The notes: generated by a model not told the origin, from the sequence alone. DNA of 64,000 nucleotides from Synechococcus sp. (GCA_047285535.1 JBJBDC010000001.1:800136-864135), one strand, 5' to 3'; shown: positions 22,251 through 33,197, counted from the first letter of the stretch. Numbers and translations are program-made.

Positions 22251-22490
22251 TTACCAACAATTTTCTCCTTCACCAATAGGAATACAAATATTCTTCTCTT
22301 TAGCTTTTTCAGCTGCTGCTTTTGCTTCTTTGTCTTTCTTTGCCTCTTCATCAAGGTCTTGGTCTGTCGTCCATTCCTGCAGGCCGCCAGATGTGTCTTG
22401 ATCAGCCAGGGCGGTATCGACAAGAGCAATTTGCCCAGTCAATGCTGCAGAACTAGCAAGGAAAAGAGAAAGAGCCGTAGACTTTTTCAT
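22251..22490 (-). CDS. Small secreted protein (79 aa) with a C-terminal Cys pair
   Basis: Sec signal ending ALA|DQ, acidic/helical middle, tail NICIPIGEGENCW. Confidence 0.8.
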   Translation of the reverse strand: MKKSTALSLFLASSAALTGQIALVDTALADQDTSGGLQEWTTDQDLDEEAKKDKEAKAAAEKAKEKNICIPIGEGENCW

Positions 22491-22497
22491 GACGTGT

Positions 22498-22516
22498 AAT
22501 GATATGGCTTATTATA
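22498..22516 (-). promoter_or_regulatory. -10 box overlapping a Fur-like box
   Basis: Minus strand TATAATAAGCCATATCATT (plus strand TGATATG-G-CTTATTA, 7-1-7-like) just upstream of the ATG at 22490. Confidence 0.5.
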
Positions 22517-22578
22517 AATAATTCAATGCTTACGCGAGAAACTTTTGATACGCACCCAGCGACCTATTTGATACATAC

Positions 22579-23241
22579 TCAGCTGCCTAAGCGCCTAAGG
22601 AAATTTGTATAAGCCAGAAAAATCATATCCAGTTCCTCACTGCGCCCTTGCTTTGCCAGAATCCCACGTGCACCACTCTCTAGCTGAAACAAGCAAGTCC
22701 GGTCATGTTCATTTTGCACATAACTCTCAATCCACCCAACACAAACGATTCGTGATCCTGATTTAACCGGACATACCCGATGCAGCGCTGTACTAGGATA
22801 AATAATAATTTCTCCCTGTTTAAGTTTAAAACTATAAGTTTCAGAGATGCTATCGATCTCCAGTTCACCACCTATATAGTTTTGATCATCAGTTAAGGAC
22901 AGAGTAAAAGACAAGTCACTCCTACCACTGCTCATATAAGCATTGTCAACATGGCTTTCATATCCACCTCCTTTATCTGTTTTACTGATTAAGAATCGAT
23001 GCAGTTTTCTAGGGAGACAATAGCCTTTAATGGCAGGCATAGTCCACATCGATTGCTCTACCAGCGCATGCAGATCCTCTCGTAACTGACAATCCATTTT
23101 CATTTGTAAATTGCGTTTCCCAGCCTTTGCATGGCTTCCCGCTGTATGAGCACCATCCTCCCATTGCCCTTCATGGCTAATTCTTAGAAGTAACTTTTCA
23201 CAGGTTTCAGAGTCAAGCAATTGCAAGTGCAAGTGGTTCAT
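22579..23241 (-). CDS. piuC: PKHD-type Fe(II)/2-oxoglutarate hydroxylase
   Basis: WEDG..TAG..AK..KRNLQ, HVDN, RSDLSFT, YIGGEL, YPSTALHRV, R..CVGWIES. Confidence 0.9.
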   Translation of the reverse strand: MNHLHLQLLDSETCEKLLLRISHEGQWEDGAHTAGSHAKAGKRNLQMKMDCQLREDLHALVEQSMWTMPAIKGYCLPRKLHRFLISKTDKGGGYESHVDNAYMSSGRSDLSFTLSLTDDQNYIGGELEIDSISETYSFKLKQGEIIIYPSTALHRVCPVKSGSRIVCVGWIESYVQNEHDRTCLFQLESGARGILAKQGRSEELDMIFLAYTNFLRRLGS

Positions 23242-23342
23242 AATCTCTTCCTATTTCACTTGGTTAGTCAAGGCTGTCATGTGACAAATGATCCGTCGCC
23301 GGTTGCGTTTGCTTCTATAGTAAAAGAGATTGCTTCATCAAG

Positions 23343-24347
23343 ATGACACGCCCTGTAGTTCTCACATATCTTCTTCCACTTGTTTTTTTTACACCAGCAT
23401 TTGCTGCCGAAGAAGTGCGTGTTTATTCAGGTCGTCATTACAATACTGATCGCCAAGTCTACAAGAAATTTTCAGAACAAACCGGCATCAAAGTTCGCTT
23501 AATTGAAGCATCAGGGATTTCCTTGGTTCAACGTTTAAAAAGTGAGGGAGCGAATACAAAAGCAGATGTCATCGTATTGGTCGATGCAGCACGCATTAAT
23601 AATGCGGCAAATGCAGGGCTCTTTGGCCAAATCAATTCATCTCAATTAACCAAAGATGTTCCTTCTCGCTATAGGGATCCAAAGCAAAGATGGTTTGGAT
23701 TAACGCGTCGTGTGCGAGCAATTATTGTCAATCCCTCGCTCGTGTCGCCTTCATCCGTCAACTCCTATTCAAAATTAGCAAGTCCTGCCTTAAAGGGTAA
23801 ACTTTGCCTAAGAAAGCGAAAAAATGTCTACAACCAATCACTAGTCGCTGATCAATTAGCTTTAAACGGAACCTCTAAAGTCAAATCATGGTTAAAAGGA
23901 GTGACCAATAATGTAACTCAGCCTTATTTCAGTGGTGATATTGCCTTGATTCGTGCTGTAGCTCAAGGGAAGTGTGGCGTTGGAGTGGTAAATCATTACT
24001 ATTTAGCACGCATGAGAGCCGGCGTGAATGGAAAGAAAGATCAGCAATTTGCAAATAAGGTCAAAATCGTAATGCCTAAACCAGCTCACGTAAATATTAG
24101 TGCTGCGGCTGTTTCACGCTATTCTAAAAACAAAAAAAATGCTGTCAAATTAATAGAATTTCTTGCGTCTCCTAAAGGAAGTGCAGGTCTTGCAAGTCCG
24201 ACTTACGAATTTCCTTTACAAGGAGTGGGTGGTTCGACCTATCTTAAAGGCATGACAAAATTCACGCCTGATCGCGTGACAGTATCAGATTTGAGCCGCT
24301 ACAACAAAGAGGCCATCCAACTCATGACCGCGGCTGGCTGGAAATAA
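23343..24347 (+). CDS. idiA: Fe(III) ABC transporter substrate-binding protein
   Basis: VYSGRHY, WFGLTRRVR, VYNQSL, VNHYYL (Tyr ligands), HVNIS; FutA/IdiA family. Confidence 0.93.
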   Translation: MTRPVVLTYLLPLVFFTPAFAAEEVRVYSGRHYNTDRQVYKKFSEQTGIKVRLIEASGISLVQRLKSEGANTKADVIVLVDAARINNAANAGLFGQINSSQLTKDVPSRYRDPKQRWFGLTRRVRAIIVNPSLVSPSSVNSYSKLASPALKGKLCLRKRKNVYNQSLVADQLALNGTSKVKSWLKGVTNNVTQPYFSGDIALIRAVAQGKCGVGVVNHYYLARMRAGVNGKKDQQFANKVKIVMPKPAHVNISAAAVSRYSKNKKNAVKLIEFLASPKGSAGLASPTYEFPLQGVGGSTYLKGMTKFTPDRVTVSDLSRYNKEAIQLMTAAGWK

Positions 24348-25881
24348 GTGTATCCAATATGTATCCAAACAACACTGGATCCGGATCTGAATGATCGAGA
24401 TCGGATAGGCCAAGTTCCTTCATCCTAGTCGATACTTTCTGTTCTAATTCCGCTGGCCTACGAAGTGGTTCACCCCATTCGTGATTCTTTTCAGGTCCTA
24501 TTTTGGTTGTGGCATCAATGGCCATTCTGCCGCCAAGGCCAAGTTGCTCACTGGCGAAATCAAGGGTATCAAAAGGCGTATTTTCCAACACGAATAGATC
24601 CCTTTGTGGATCTACTTGTGCTGCGATCGCCCAAACGACCTGACGAGGATCACGCACATTAATATGTGAATCCACCACGACTACAAACTTGGTGTAAGTG
24701 AATTGAGGCAATGCGCTCCAGAAAGCCATAGCAGCTCTCTTGGCTTGCCCCGGATAAGCTTTATCAATCGATATTACTGCTAATTTATAACTCAAGGCTT
24801 CCATGGGAAGGAAAAAATCTTTAATTTCTGGAATCTGTTGACGAAGAATTGGCGTATAAATTCGGTTCAGAGCAATTGCCAACATTGCTTCTTCTTTTGG
24901 TGGCCGACCACTGAACGTGGTGAGGAAAATGGGTGACCGCCTCTGGGTCATGCAGTGGAAACGAACCAATGGGGACTCTTCTATTCCTCCGTAAAAACCC
25001 ATGTGATCGCCAAAAGGGCCATCTAAGCTCACCTCACCGGGCGTAATGGTTCCTTCCAAGACAACCTCACTGCTGCTTGGTACTTGCAAATCAATGGTTT
25101 TACAGGGCGTTAGGCGGACTCCTTCTCCCCCATAAATTCCTGCAAACAGCCATTCGCTCAGTTGTACAGGAATGGGTGTGGCTGCCGCCATGACCAACAA
25201 CGGATGGACGCCAATCGCCACAGCAACGTCTAGTTTTTGGCCCAAGGCCGCTGCTTTACGTAGGTGACGTGCTCCGCCGCGCACACTCAACCAATGCACT
25301 GTCATCGTGTTGACGGATTGGCGTTGAAGCCGGTAGACCCCCACATTCGGGACACCGGTTTCAGGGTCTTTTGTAATCACAAGTCCCAGGGTGATCACAC
25401 CACCTGCATCACCGGGCCAAGGTCTGATCAAGGGGATGTGATCAAGATTGACTTCCTCTCCAACAAAAACCTGCTGACGGCATGGAGGCATTAAATCCCG
25501 ATCAGGACGGGCCTTCACGAGGTCCCAAAACACCCTGGCGAACTGTTTGGATTCCTTGAAGCCCTTTGGAGGCCTGGGTTGCTGAAGGATGGCCAGTCGT
25601 GATCCAAGCTCCTCGAGCTGTTCAGCCCGTTCCAGACCCATGCTCCAAACAACACGCTCGACGGTTCCGAGCGTGTTAACGGCTACAGGCATGGTTGAGC
25701 CGATCACATTCTCAAAGAGAAGCGCTGGCCCCCCAGCGGCAAGCACGCGATCAGCAATCGCCGCTAGCTCCAGATCTGGATCAACCGGTGCCTGAATTCG
25801 ACGAAGCTGACCGCGCTCGTCGAGCAACTTGATGAAGGCACGCAAATCTCTCGTTCCAAGGCCGGATCCGAACAAAGCCAT
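24322..25881 (-). CDS. ubiD: UbiD-family decarboxylase
   Basis: PALLFENV, NVGVYRLQ, EVVLEG, GPFGDHMGFY, DATTK. Confidence 0.93.
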   Translation of the reverse strand: MALFGSGLGTRDLRAFIKLLDERGQLRRIQAPVDPDLELAAIADRVLAAGGPALLFENVIGSTMPVAVNTLGTVERVVWSMGLERAEQLEELGSRLAILQQPRPPKGFKESKQFARVFWDLVKARPDRDLMPPCRQQVFVGEEVNLDHIPLIRPWPGDAGGVITLGLVITKDPETGVPNVGVYRLQRQSVNTMTVHWLSVRGGARHLRKAAALGQKLDVAVAIGVHPLLVMAAATPIPVQLSEWLFAGIYGGEGVRLTPCKTIDLQVPSSSEVVLEGTITPGEVSLDGPFGDHMGFYGGIEESPLVRFHCMTQRRSPIFLTTFSGRPPKEEAMLAIALNRIYTPILRQQIPEIKDFFLPMEALSYKLAVISIDKAYPGQAKRAAMAFWSALPQFTYTKFVVVVDSHINVRDPRQVVWAIAAQVDPQRDLFVLENTPFDTLDFASEQLGLGGRMAIDATTKIGPEKNHEWGEPLRRPAELEQKVSTRMKELGLSDLDHSDPDPVLFGYILDTLISSQPRS

Positions 25882-25945
25882 GGAGATGACGGGTAAGCGG
25901 GTAGCGATGTGGTTACTGTGACGCACGCTGATCGAGATCGTGGCC

Positions 25946-26686
25946 ATGCAGGTGTCCTATTTCCACGTGGCTGCTGAGGTGCCAGACACCATCGAGGGTC
26001 CAGAGGCTCCAGACGCTGCTGTAGTGATTGATGTGCTTCGTGCCACGACCACCATCGCCTGGGCTTTACACAACGGAGCAGAGGCGGTGCAAACGTTTGC
26101 TGATCTCGACGAACTACAGGTTTGCGCACAGTCCTGGCCAGACGCAAAACGCTTATTGGTGGGCGAACGCGGTGGCCGCAAGCTTGAAGGCTTCGATCTT
26201 GGTAACTCACCTGTTTCTGTTGTCCCAGAAACCGTTCAAGGGAAAAGACTGTTCATGAGCACCACAAACGGCACTCGTTCCTTACAAAGGGTTCGTGATG
26301 TGTCCTGTGTGCTGACAATGGCCCTACCTAATCGACAGGCAGTGGGTCAACAACTGATCCACGATCAACCCGATCGAGTCTGGATGGTGGGAAGCGGTTG
26401 GGAGGGCACCTATTCCTTGGAAGATTCCTTGGCAGCTGGGGCACTGGCCGAATCTCTCGTCGCCTCGGGAGCTTCTGTAGCCAACGATGAAATGCAGGCG
26501 GCACTCGCATTATGGGCTCACTGGAAAAACAGTCCTGAAGCCTGTCTGCGAGTTGCTTCTCACGGAAAGCGATTGATTCGTTTGGGGAATCATGACGCCG
26601 ATTTTCAATGCTGTGCTGGGCTGGACCAACTCGCGGTGGTTCCCATGCAAGCGGAACCAGGCGTTTTACGTGCCACATCGATCTAG
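25946..26686 (+). CDS. comB: 2-phosphosulfolactate phosphatase family
   Basis: [33 protein letters not shown]. Confidence 0.92.
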   Translation: MQVSYFHVAAEVPDTIEGPEAPDAAVVIDVLRATTTIAWALHNGAEAVQTFADLDELQVCAQSWPDAKRLLVGERGGRKLEGFDLGNSPVSVVPETVQGKRLFMSTTNGTRSLQRVRDVSCVLTMALPNRQAVGQQLIHDQPDRVWMVGSGWEGTYSLEDSLAAGALAESLVASGASVANDEMQAALALWAHWKNSPEACLRVASHGKRLIRLGNHDADFQCCAGLDQLAVVPMQAEPGVLRATSI

Positions 26687-26734
26687 CCGTCGGCCTGTAA
26701 GGCCAATACCATTTGCCAACTGAATGAAACGTAC

Positions 26735-27556
26735 GTGAGTGACTTTTTGGCTGCGGCCCTGCAACTCACCAGCACAACGGACCCTGAAAGCAATTTTGCA
26801 GCTGCTGAAGAACAAATCGATTTGGCGGCTCGACGAGGAGCTGAGCTCATTGCTTTGCCGGAGAACTTCGCCTTTATGGGGGACGACGCTCAGCGTTTCC
26901 AGATCGCTCCAGGATTGTCCGAACAGTCTTCGCGTTTTCTGATCACGATGGCTCGCCGCTACCAGGTGGTGATCCTGGGTGGAGGTTTTCCCGTGCCAGT
27001 GGGTGATGGTCAACATCATTTTCAACGGTCACAGCTGGTAGGGCGAGATGGTCAAATTTTGGCGAGTTACGACAAAATCCATCTCTTCGATGTGGACCTC
27101 CCCGACGGCAGCTCGTATCGGGAGTCTGCCAGCTTCAGTCCTGGTAGCAGCTCGCCTCCTGTTGTTGATGTGCCTGGACTGTGTCGCGTAGGGCTGTCCA
27201 TTTGCTACGACGTGCGCTTCCCTGAGCTGTATCGCCATCTCGTTGGAGCCGGAGCTGAATTGTTAATGATTCCCGCCGCCTTCACGGCCTTTACAGGTAA
27301 AGACCATTGGCAAGTTCTGCTCCAATCAAGAGCCATCGAAAACACGGCTTATGTGTTGGCTCCTGCCCAGACAGGTGTGCATTACCAACGAAGACAAAGC
27401 CATGGTCATTCCATGATTGTTGACCCTTGGGGAACTGTGTTGTCAGATGCAGGGGTTGCTCCAGGAGCGGCAGTGGCCCCGATTGACCCGAGCCATCTTC
27501 AACGTATTCGTGCGCAAATGCCGAGCCTGCAGCACCGCAGACCTGCATTGTTCTGA
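26735..27556 (+). CDS. Carbon-nitrogen hydrolase (Nit1-like amidase)
   Basis: LPENF, YDKIHLFD, ICYDVRFPE (E-K-C triad). Confidence 0.9.
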   Translation: MSDFLAAALQLTSTTDPESNFAAAEEQIDLAARRGAELIALPENFAFMGDDAQRFQIAPGLSEQSSRFLITMARRYQVVILGGGFPVPVGDGQHHFQRSQLVGRDGQILASYDKIHLFDVDLPDGSSYRESASFSPGSSSPPVVDVPGLCRVGLSICYDVRFPELYRHLVGAGAELLMIPAAFTAFTGKDHWQVLLQSRAIENTAYVLAPAQTGVHYQRRQSHGHSMIVDPWGTVLSDAGVAPGAAVAPIDPSHLQRIRAQMPSLQHRRPALF

Positions 27557-27558
27557 AG

Positions 27559-28656
27559 GTGATGGCTTTGCTGCCCTTCCGCTACAGCGGACTCTTCCTT
27601 GCGGCTGTTCTACAGGCTTCAACCCTGATGATCAGCTTGCCTGCAAAGGCTGCTAGCGCGCTTGCGGCGTGGAAACTCAATGCCTCTGGTGAGCTTCTGC
27701 TTCGAACCTCTGCAGGTGCAAGACTGCAAGCCTTCTTCGACGCAGGGGATCGGCAGCGAGGTCCGCGGGTGTGGATCGATTTTCCCGGAGAGCTCAGTCG
27801 CCCCAGAAGCCTTCCAGGTTCTGGTCCCGTGCGAGAAATCCGTCTGGGAAAGCCCAACAGAGGTTCCACCCGTTTGGTGGTGGAGTTTCAGCCAGGGGTC
27901 ACTCTGGATCCTGGTCAATTGAAATTGGTCGGCACCGCGGCAAATCGCTGGAAGCTCAGTTTTAAGGGGCTTCCCACCTCTGGATTGCGAGCGATCGGTG
28001 AAGGCAATCTCATCCGCTCTTCCCCTGGTTCCTGGGCAGGTGGCGTGCGAATCAAACCCAGCCGCACACCAGTTAATGCATCAGGATTACCCAATGTCAC
28101 CAGAGGAAAATATCGCGTTGTCATCGATCCAGGCCATGGAGGTCCAGACCCTGGAGCTGTAGGGATCCGAGGAATCCGTGAGAGTGAAATTGTTCTTGAT
28201 GTCTCGCTGCAGGTGGCTCGGTTGCTTCAAGCCAAGGGCGTTCAGGTCACCATGACACGAACGGCTGAAGTTGATGTGGATCTGCCGCCCAGGGTTGCGA
28301 TTGCCAATCGATCTGGTGCCACTGCCTTTGTCAGCATTCACGCCAACGCGATCAGCATGTCCAGACCCGATGTGAATGGCATTGAGACCTTTTTCTATTC
28401 CGATCGTCGTTCAGCACGATTGGCAGCTCATCTCCAGCAGCAAATGCTTAATGTGTCGCCCGGCAGTCCGAATCGTGGAGTTAAACGTGGTCGTTTCTTT
28501 GTGATCAGACGCACCACAATGCCAGCGGCGCTGGTGGAGATGGGTTTTGTGACAGGGAACATCGATTCATCGCGTCTGGCAACCTCATCTCATCGGAGGC
28601 GTCTCGCTCTGGCGATTGCCACCGGCATTCTCAATTATCTACAAGGTGTGCGTTGA
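27559..28656 (+). CDS. amiC: N-acetylmuramoyl-L-alanine amidase (AMIN + Amidase_3)
   Basis: IDPGHGGPDPGA, SIHAN, LVEMGF. Confidence 0.9.
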   Translation: MMALLPFRYSGLFLAAVLQASTLMISLPAKAASALAAWKLNASGELLLRTSAGARLQAFFDAGDRQRGPRVWIDFPGELSRPRSLPGSGPVREIRLGKPNRGSTRLVVEFQPGVTLDPGQLKLVGTAANRWKLSFKGLPTSGLRAIGEGNLIRSSPGSWAGGVRIKPSRTPVNASGLPNVTRGKYRVVIDPGHGGPDPGAVGIRGIRESEIVLDVSLQVARLLQAKGVQVTMTRTAEVDVDLPPRVAIANRSGATAFVSIHANAISMSRPDVNGIETFFYSDRRSARLAAHLQQQMLNVSPGSPNRGVKRGRFFVIRRTTMPAALVEMGFVTGNIDSSRLATSSHRRRLALAIATGILNYLQGVR

Positions 28657-29459
28657 CCATTCGTCTCGGTTTGTTCGACAGCGGCATTGGCGGCCTGACG
28701 GTGCTGCGCAGAGTGCTCGAGCGTCATGGTGTGGTCCCAGTCACTTATTTGGGCGACACCGCTCGCGTGCCTTACGGGAGTCGTTCTCCTTCTGAGATTC
28801 GCTCGATTGCGGCTGAAGTTGTGGCTTGGTTGCGAACCCAGCGTGTCTCCACCGTTGTGATGGCGTGCAATACAACCAATGCTCTTGCAAGGGACGTAAC
28901 AGAAGGTCAGGCAGGCGTTCCTGTCGTTGGGCTGATCGGTGCTGCCGCTGCCATGGTCAAGGAATCAAGAGTGGGCGTTCTCGCGACTCCTGCAACGGTG
29001 GCATCCGGCGCCTATCGCGAAAGCATCGAAGCTTTACGCCCAGGAACGCTTGTGGTTCAGCAGGCCTGTCCAGACTTTGTTCCCCTGATCGAAGCAGGCG
29101 ATCTCCACTCGAATGAGCTTCGTCAAGCTGCTATTGGCTATTTGCAGCCGTTACTTGAAGCATCGGTGGATTCCGTGGTGCTCGGCTGCACGCATTACCC
29201 GCTCCTGGTGCCGCTCCTTGCCAACTTGTTGCCGACTCACATGCGTCTGATTGATCCTGCTGTTGCGGTCGCGAGTCAACTGGATGCCTTTCTCGGCCAA
29301 CCCTTGGCAGGAGGCCTGAATCAGCCGGTGTCACTGGAAGCGACCCGTCTTTGCGTGACGGAAGACCCCGATGGATTTGCGGAGCGGGCCACCGCTTGGC
29401 TCGGCCAGAGACCCTGCGTTGACCTTGTGGATCTGCAGCAACAGGTCTGCGTTTCCTAG
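28653..29459 (+). CDS. murI: Glutamate racemase
   Basis: FDSGIGGLTV, ACNT, LGCTHYP. Confidence 0.97.
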   Translation: MTIRLGLFDSGIGGLTVLRRVLERHGVVPVTYLGDTARVPYGSRSPSEIRSIAAEVVAWLRTQRVSTVVMACNTTNALARDVTEGQAGVPVVGLIGAAAAMVKESRVGVLATPATVASGAYRESIEALRPGTLVVQQACPDFVPLIEAGDLHSNELRQAAIGYLQPLLEASVDSVVLGCTHYPLLVPLLANLLPTHMRLIDPAVAVASQLDAFLGQPLAGGLNQPVSLEATRLCVTEDPDGFAERATAWLGQRPCVDLVDLQQQVCVS

Positions 29460-29481
29460 GATCTGGTTACCGAGAGGATTC

Positions 29482-30453
29482 ATGGCCACCGTCACCGAGT
29501 TGCTGCAGCCGGTCGAGGCGGATCTTGAGATCCTGCTCAGTGATCTACGCAGCCTGATAGGAGCCGGCCATCCGATTCTTCAGGCCGCAGCTGAACATCT
29601 TTTCAGTGCTGGAGGCAAGCGCCTGCGGCCTGGAATCGTCCTGCTGATTTCCAGAGCCCTATCAGCAGATGGCGAGCTGAGTTCACGCCATCGACGCTTG
29701 GCTGAGATCACTGAGATGATCCATACCGCCTCCTTAGTTCACGACGATGTTGTCGACGAAGCCTCAACCCGACGTGGTGTTGAAACCGTCCACAGCCGAT
29801 TCAATTACAGAGTTGCCGTTCTGGCCGGTGATTTTCTGTTTGCTCAAGCGAGCTGGCACCTTGCCAATCTAGACAATTTAGACGTTGTTAAATTGCTGAG
29901 CCGCGTGATCATGGATCTCGCAGATGGTGAAGTCAAGCAGGGCTTATTCCGATTTGACACTGGTCAAACGTTTGAAACTTATTTCGAAAAAAGTTATTGC
30001 AAGACGGCATCATTAATCGCCAATAGTGCAAAAGCAGCTGGAGTACTCAGTGACTTACCTGAGCGTCAACTTGAGTCGCTCTATCACTACGGCCGTCAGC
30101 TCGGTCTTGCCTTTCAAATTGTGGATGACATTCTTGATTTCACTGGTAACGACAAGCAGCTCGGAAAACCAGCAGCTAGTGATCTTTCCAGTGGTTATCT
30201 CACTGCACCTGCCCTTTACGCCCTTGAAGAGAAGCCTTCTCTGACTGGTTTGATTGAACGTGAATTCAATGAAGATGGTGATCTTGAAGATGCTTTGGCT
30301 TTGGTGCGTGAATCTGAGGCCATTCCGCGTACAAGGGACTTAGCGAAAACCTTCGCACGAGAAGCTCGAGAATCCTTGACTTGGTTACCAGATTCGCCTT
30401 CGCGTAGCGCTCTGCTTGCACTCCCTAATTTTGTACTTGGTCGACTGAATTGA
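29482..30453 (+). CDS. sds: Solanesyl diphosphate synthase
   Basis: GGKRLRP, HDDVVD, KTASL, QIVDDILD. Confidence 0.93.
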   Translation: MATVTELLQPVEADLEILLSDLRSLIGAGHPILQAAAEHLFSAGGKRLRPGIVLLISRALSADGELSSRHRRLAEITEMIHTASLVHDDVVDEASTRRGVETVHSRFNYRVAVLAGDFLFAQASWHLANLDNLDVVKLLSRVIMDLADGEVKQGLFRFDTGQTFETYFEKSYCKTASLIANSAKAAGVLSDLPERQLESLYHYGRQLGLAFQIVDDILDFTGNDKQLGKPAASDLSSGYLTAPALYALEEKPSLTGLIEREFNEDGDLEDALALVRESEAIPRTRDLAKTFAREARESLTWLPDSPSRSALLALPNFVLGRLN

Positions 30454-31129
30454 GGCTTCGTCTCAATTGCTTCTCTCCCTCACTTAAGGTTTTGATTGTA
30501 ATCAGACGGGAGTGATAGAAATCCTCAGCTTCATTGGCGTCATTGATCAGTTGCCAAACCAAACAGCCTGCCTCCAAAGCCGACTGACATCCAGCCCTCG
30601 AATCCTCAAAAGCCCAGCATTCACTTGCCGGAATACCTAATCGTTTTGTCGCCAATAAAAAGGGATCTGGAGCAGGTTTACCCGCACGCAAATCGGAATC
30701 GTCACCAAGTACTCGCTTTTGGATCAAGTCCAGCCAAGGATGGCCGGATGTCTTGTGAAGCAAGGAACCTTCGTTACTGCTACTGACCAGCACCATGGGG
30801 AGTTGTTGTTTAGCGCAAAATCTGATGAGATTCTCAGCCCCAGGCATCGCTAAAGCTGTCGCAACTAAACGTTTAGCGATGGGCTCCCTGGCATTCAGTA
30901 GTTGCTGAGCTGTTACAGGCTGCTCCAACCAAGAGCAAACCAAGTTCGCGTTGTCTTCGCGGCGACGGCCTTTGAGCTGGTTCAGTTGTTCGCTCGATAA
31001 GGATCCGTCAAAGCGCTTTGCTACTGCCTTCCAAGCCTCTGCCTGCAATGGCTCGGTATCAAGAAGTAGGCCATCAAGATCAAACAGGCATGCTTTGGGT
31101 GCTGACAGGGATCGGGGCTTGCTCATCAT
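30425..31129 (-). CDS. HAD-family phosphatase
   Basis: FDLDGLLLDTE, KPAPD, FEDS. Confidence 0.9.
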   Translation of the reverse strand: MMSKPRSLSAPKACLFDLDGLLLDTEPLQAEAWKAVAKRFDGSLSSEQLNQLKGRRREDNANLVCSWLEQPVTAQQLLNAREPIAKRLVATALAMPGAENLIRFCAKQQLPMVLVSSSNEGSLLHKTSGHPWLDLIQKRVLGDDSDLRAGKPAPDPFLLATKRLGIPASECWAFEDSRAGCQSALEAGCLVWQLINDANEAEDFYHSRLITIKTLSEGEKQLRRSLNSVDQVQN

Positions 31130-31226
31130 CTCCTTGTCACTCTTCTGTGGATTCTGACAACGTGACTAGTCCGGATGTTGAAACCATCGATAGTCTTGTG
31201 CTGACAGTGCATTTGAGCTGCAGGTG

Positions 31227-33197
31227 ATGAGTGAGGATTCCACGATTGAGAGCGTGCTCCAGGAACAGCGTGTCTTCGATCCCCCAGCAGATCTCGCCAA
31301 AGCGGCGCGGATCTCGGGTATGGAGTCCTATCGCGAGCTCGCTGAGGCTGCCAAATCTGATCCCGATGCATTCTGGGGCGAAGCGGCACGGCGTGAACTG
31401 CATTGGTTTGAACCGTTCCACACCGTTCTCGACTGGAACAACCCACCCTTTGCCCGTTGGTTTGAGGGAGGGATCACCAATCTTTCCTTTAATTGTCTTG
31501 ATCGACATTTGCATGGACCAAAAGCGAACAAGACAGCTCTGATCTGGGAGGGTGAACCTGGTGATGTTCGTCAATTCACTTACAAAGAACTGCATGCTGA
31601 GGTCTGCCGTGCAGCCAATGGCCTCAAGGCCATGGGGATCGGCAAGGGCGATCTAGTCGCCCTCTATATGCCGATGATTCCTGAGGCCGCGATTGCGATG
31701 CTGGCCTGTGCTCGCATTGGTGCTCCTCACTCTGTTGTATTTGGTGGGTTCTCAGCAGAAGCCCTTCGTGATCGCTTAATTGATGGTGAAGTGAAAGCCG
31801 TCATCACGGCAGATGGCGGTTTTCGCAAAGACAAGCCTGTAGCACTGAAGCCCGCCGTCAATGCGGCGCTAGCCGATGGGGCTTGTCCAACGGTGAAATC
31901 CGTGCTCGTCGTGAAACGCACCGACCAGCCTGTGGACATGGTGAATGGACGCGATCAGTGGTGGCACGACCTGGTAGACGGCCAATCTGCTGATTGCGCC
32001 GCTGAACCGATGGCGAGTGAAGACAGACTGTTTGTCTTATATACCTCTGGATCCACGGGAAAACCCAAAGGGGTGGTGCACACCACTGCCGGCTACAACC
32101 TGTGGGCCCATTTGACGTTTCAATGGATCTTCGACATCCGTGACGAGGATGTTTTTTGGTGCACAGCCGACGTGGGTTGGATTACCGGGCACAGCTACAT
32201 CGTGTACGGACCGCTCTCCAACGGTGCCACAACAGTGATGTATGAAGGAGCACCACGTCCATCAAAACCTGGAGCGTTCTGGGAATTGATCCAGAAGCAT
32301 CGAATCAGTATTTTCTACACCGCTCCAACGGCGATACGCGCCTTCATGAGAAGCGGCCGCTCGGTGCCCGATCAGTACGACATGAGCAGCCTGCGTCTCC
32401 TCGGAACGGTTGGAGAACCAATCAATCCAGAAGCTTGGATGTGGTATCGCGATGTGGTGGGCGGTCAACGTTGCCCCATCGTTGACACCTGGTGGCAAAC
32501 CGAAACCGGCGGCGTCATGATCAGTCCTCTTCCTGGGGCAACCCCAACCAAGCCTGGGTCGGCCACTTTGCCTTTACCTGGCATTCAGGCTGATGTCATC
32601 GACTCGGAGGGCAACAGCTGCGGACCTGACGAAGGCGGTTACCTAGCCGTTCGAGCACCTTGGCCAGGAATGATGCGGACAATTCATGGCAATCCCCAAC
32701 GTTTCCGCGACAGTTACTGGGAGACCATTCGTCCTTCTGATGGTTCATACCTCTATTTTGCCGGAGATGGAGCCCGTCGCGATGCCGACGGATACTTCTG
32801 GGTGATGGGTCGCGTCGATGACGTCATCAACGTCTCCGGCCATCGACTCGGAACAATGGAAATTGAGTCGGCCTTAGTCAGCCATCCCGCGGTTGCCGAA
32901 GCAGCAGTAGTAGGTCGTCCAGATGATCTCAAAGGTGAAGGGATTGTGGCCTTCGTGACTCTTGAAGTGGGACGGGAGCCTGAGGATTCTCTGATCACCG
33001 AGCTGCGGGCCCATGTGGGCAAGGAGATCGGTCCGATCGCCAGGCCCGATGAGATCCGCTGTAGCGATGCGCTTCCAAAAACCCGCAGTGGAAAAATCAT
33101 GCGCCGGATTTTGCGTGCCCTCGCTGCTGGTGAAGCGGTGACTGGTGATACCAGCACGCTTGAGGATCGTTCGGTGCTGGATCGTTTACGCGCTTAG
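31227..33197 (+). CDS. acs: Acetyl-CoA synthetase
   Basis: [32 protein letters not shown]. Confidence 0.97.
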   Translation: MSEDSTIESVLQEQRVFDPPADLAKAARISGMESYRELAEAAKSDPDAFWGEAARRELHWFEPFHTVLDWNNPPFARWFEGGITNLSFNCLDRHLHGPKANKTALIWEGEPGDVRQFTYKELHAEVCRAANGLKAMGIGKGDLVALYMPMIPEAAIAMLACARIGAPHSVVFGGFSAEALRDRLIDGEVKAVITADGGFRKDKPVALKPAVNAALADGACPTVKSVLVVKRTDQPVDMVNGRDQWWHDLVDGQSADCAAEPMASEDRLFVLYTSGSTGKPKGVVHTTAGYNLWAHLTFQWIFDIRDEDVFWCTADVGWITGHSYIVYGPLSNGATTVMYEGAPRPSKPGAFWELIQKHRISIFYTAPTAIRAFMRSGRSVPDQYDMSSLRLLGTVGEPINPEAWMWYRDVVGGQRCPIVDTWWQTETGGVMISPLPGATPTKPGSATLPLPGIQADVIDSEGNSCGPDEGGYLAVRAPWPGMMRTIHGNPQRFRDSYWETIRPSDGSYLYFAGDGARRDADGYFWVMGRVDDVINVSGHRLGTMEIESALVSHPAVAEAAVVGRPDDLKGEGIVAFVTLEVGREPEDSLITELRAHVGKEIGPIARPDEIRCSDALPKTRSGKIMRRILRALAAGEAVTGDTSTLEDRSVLDRLRA

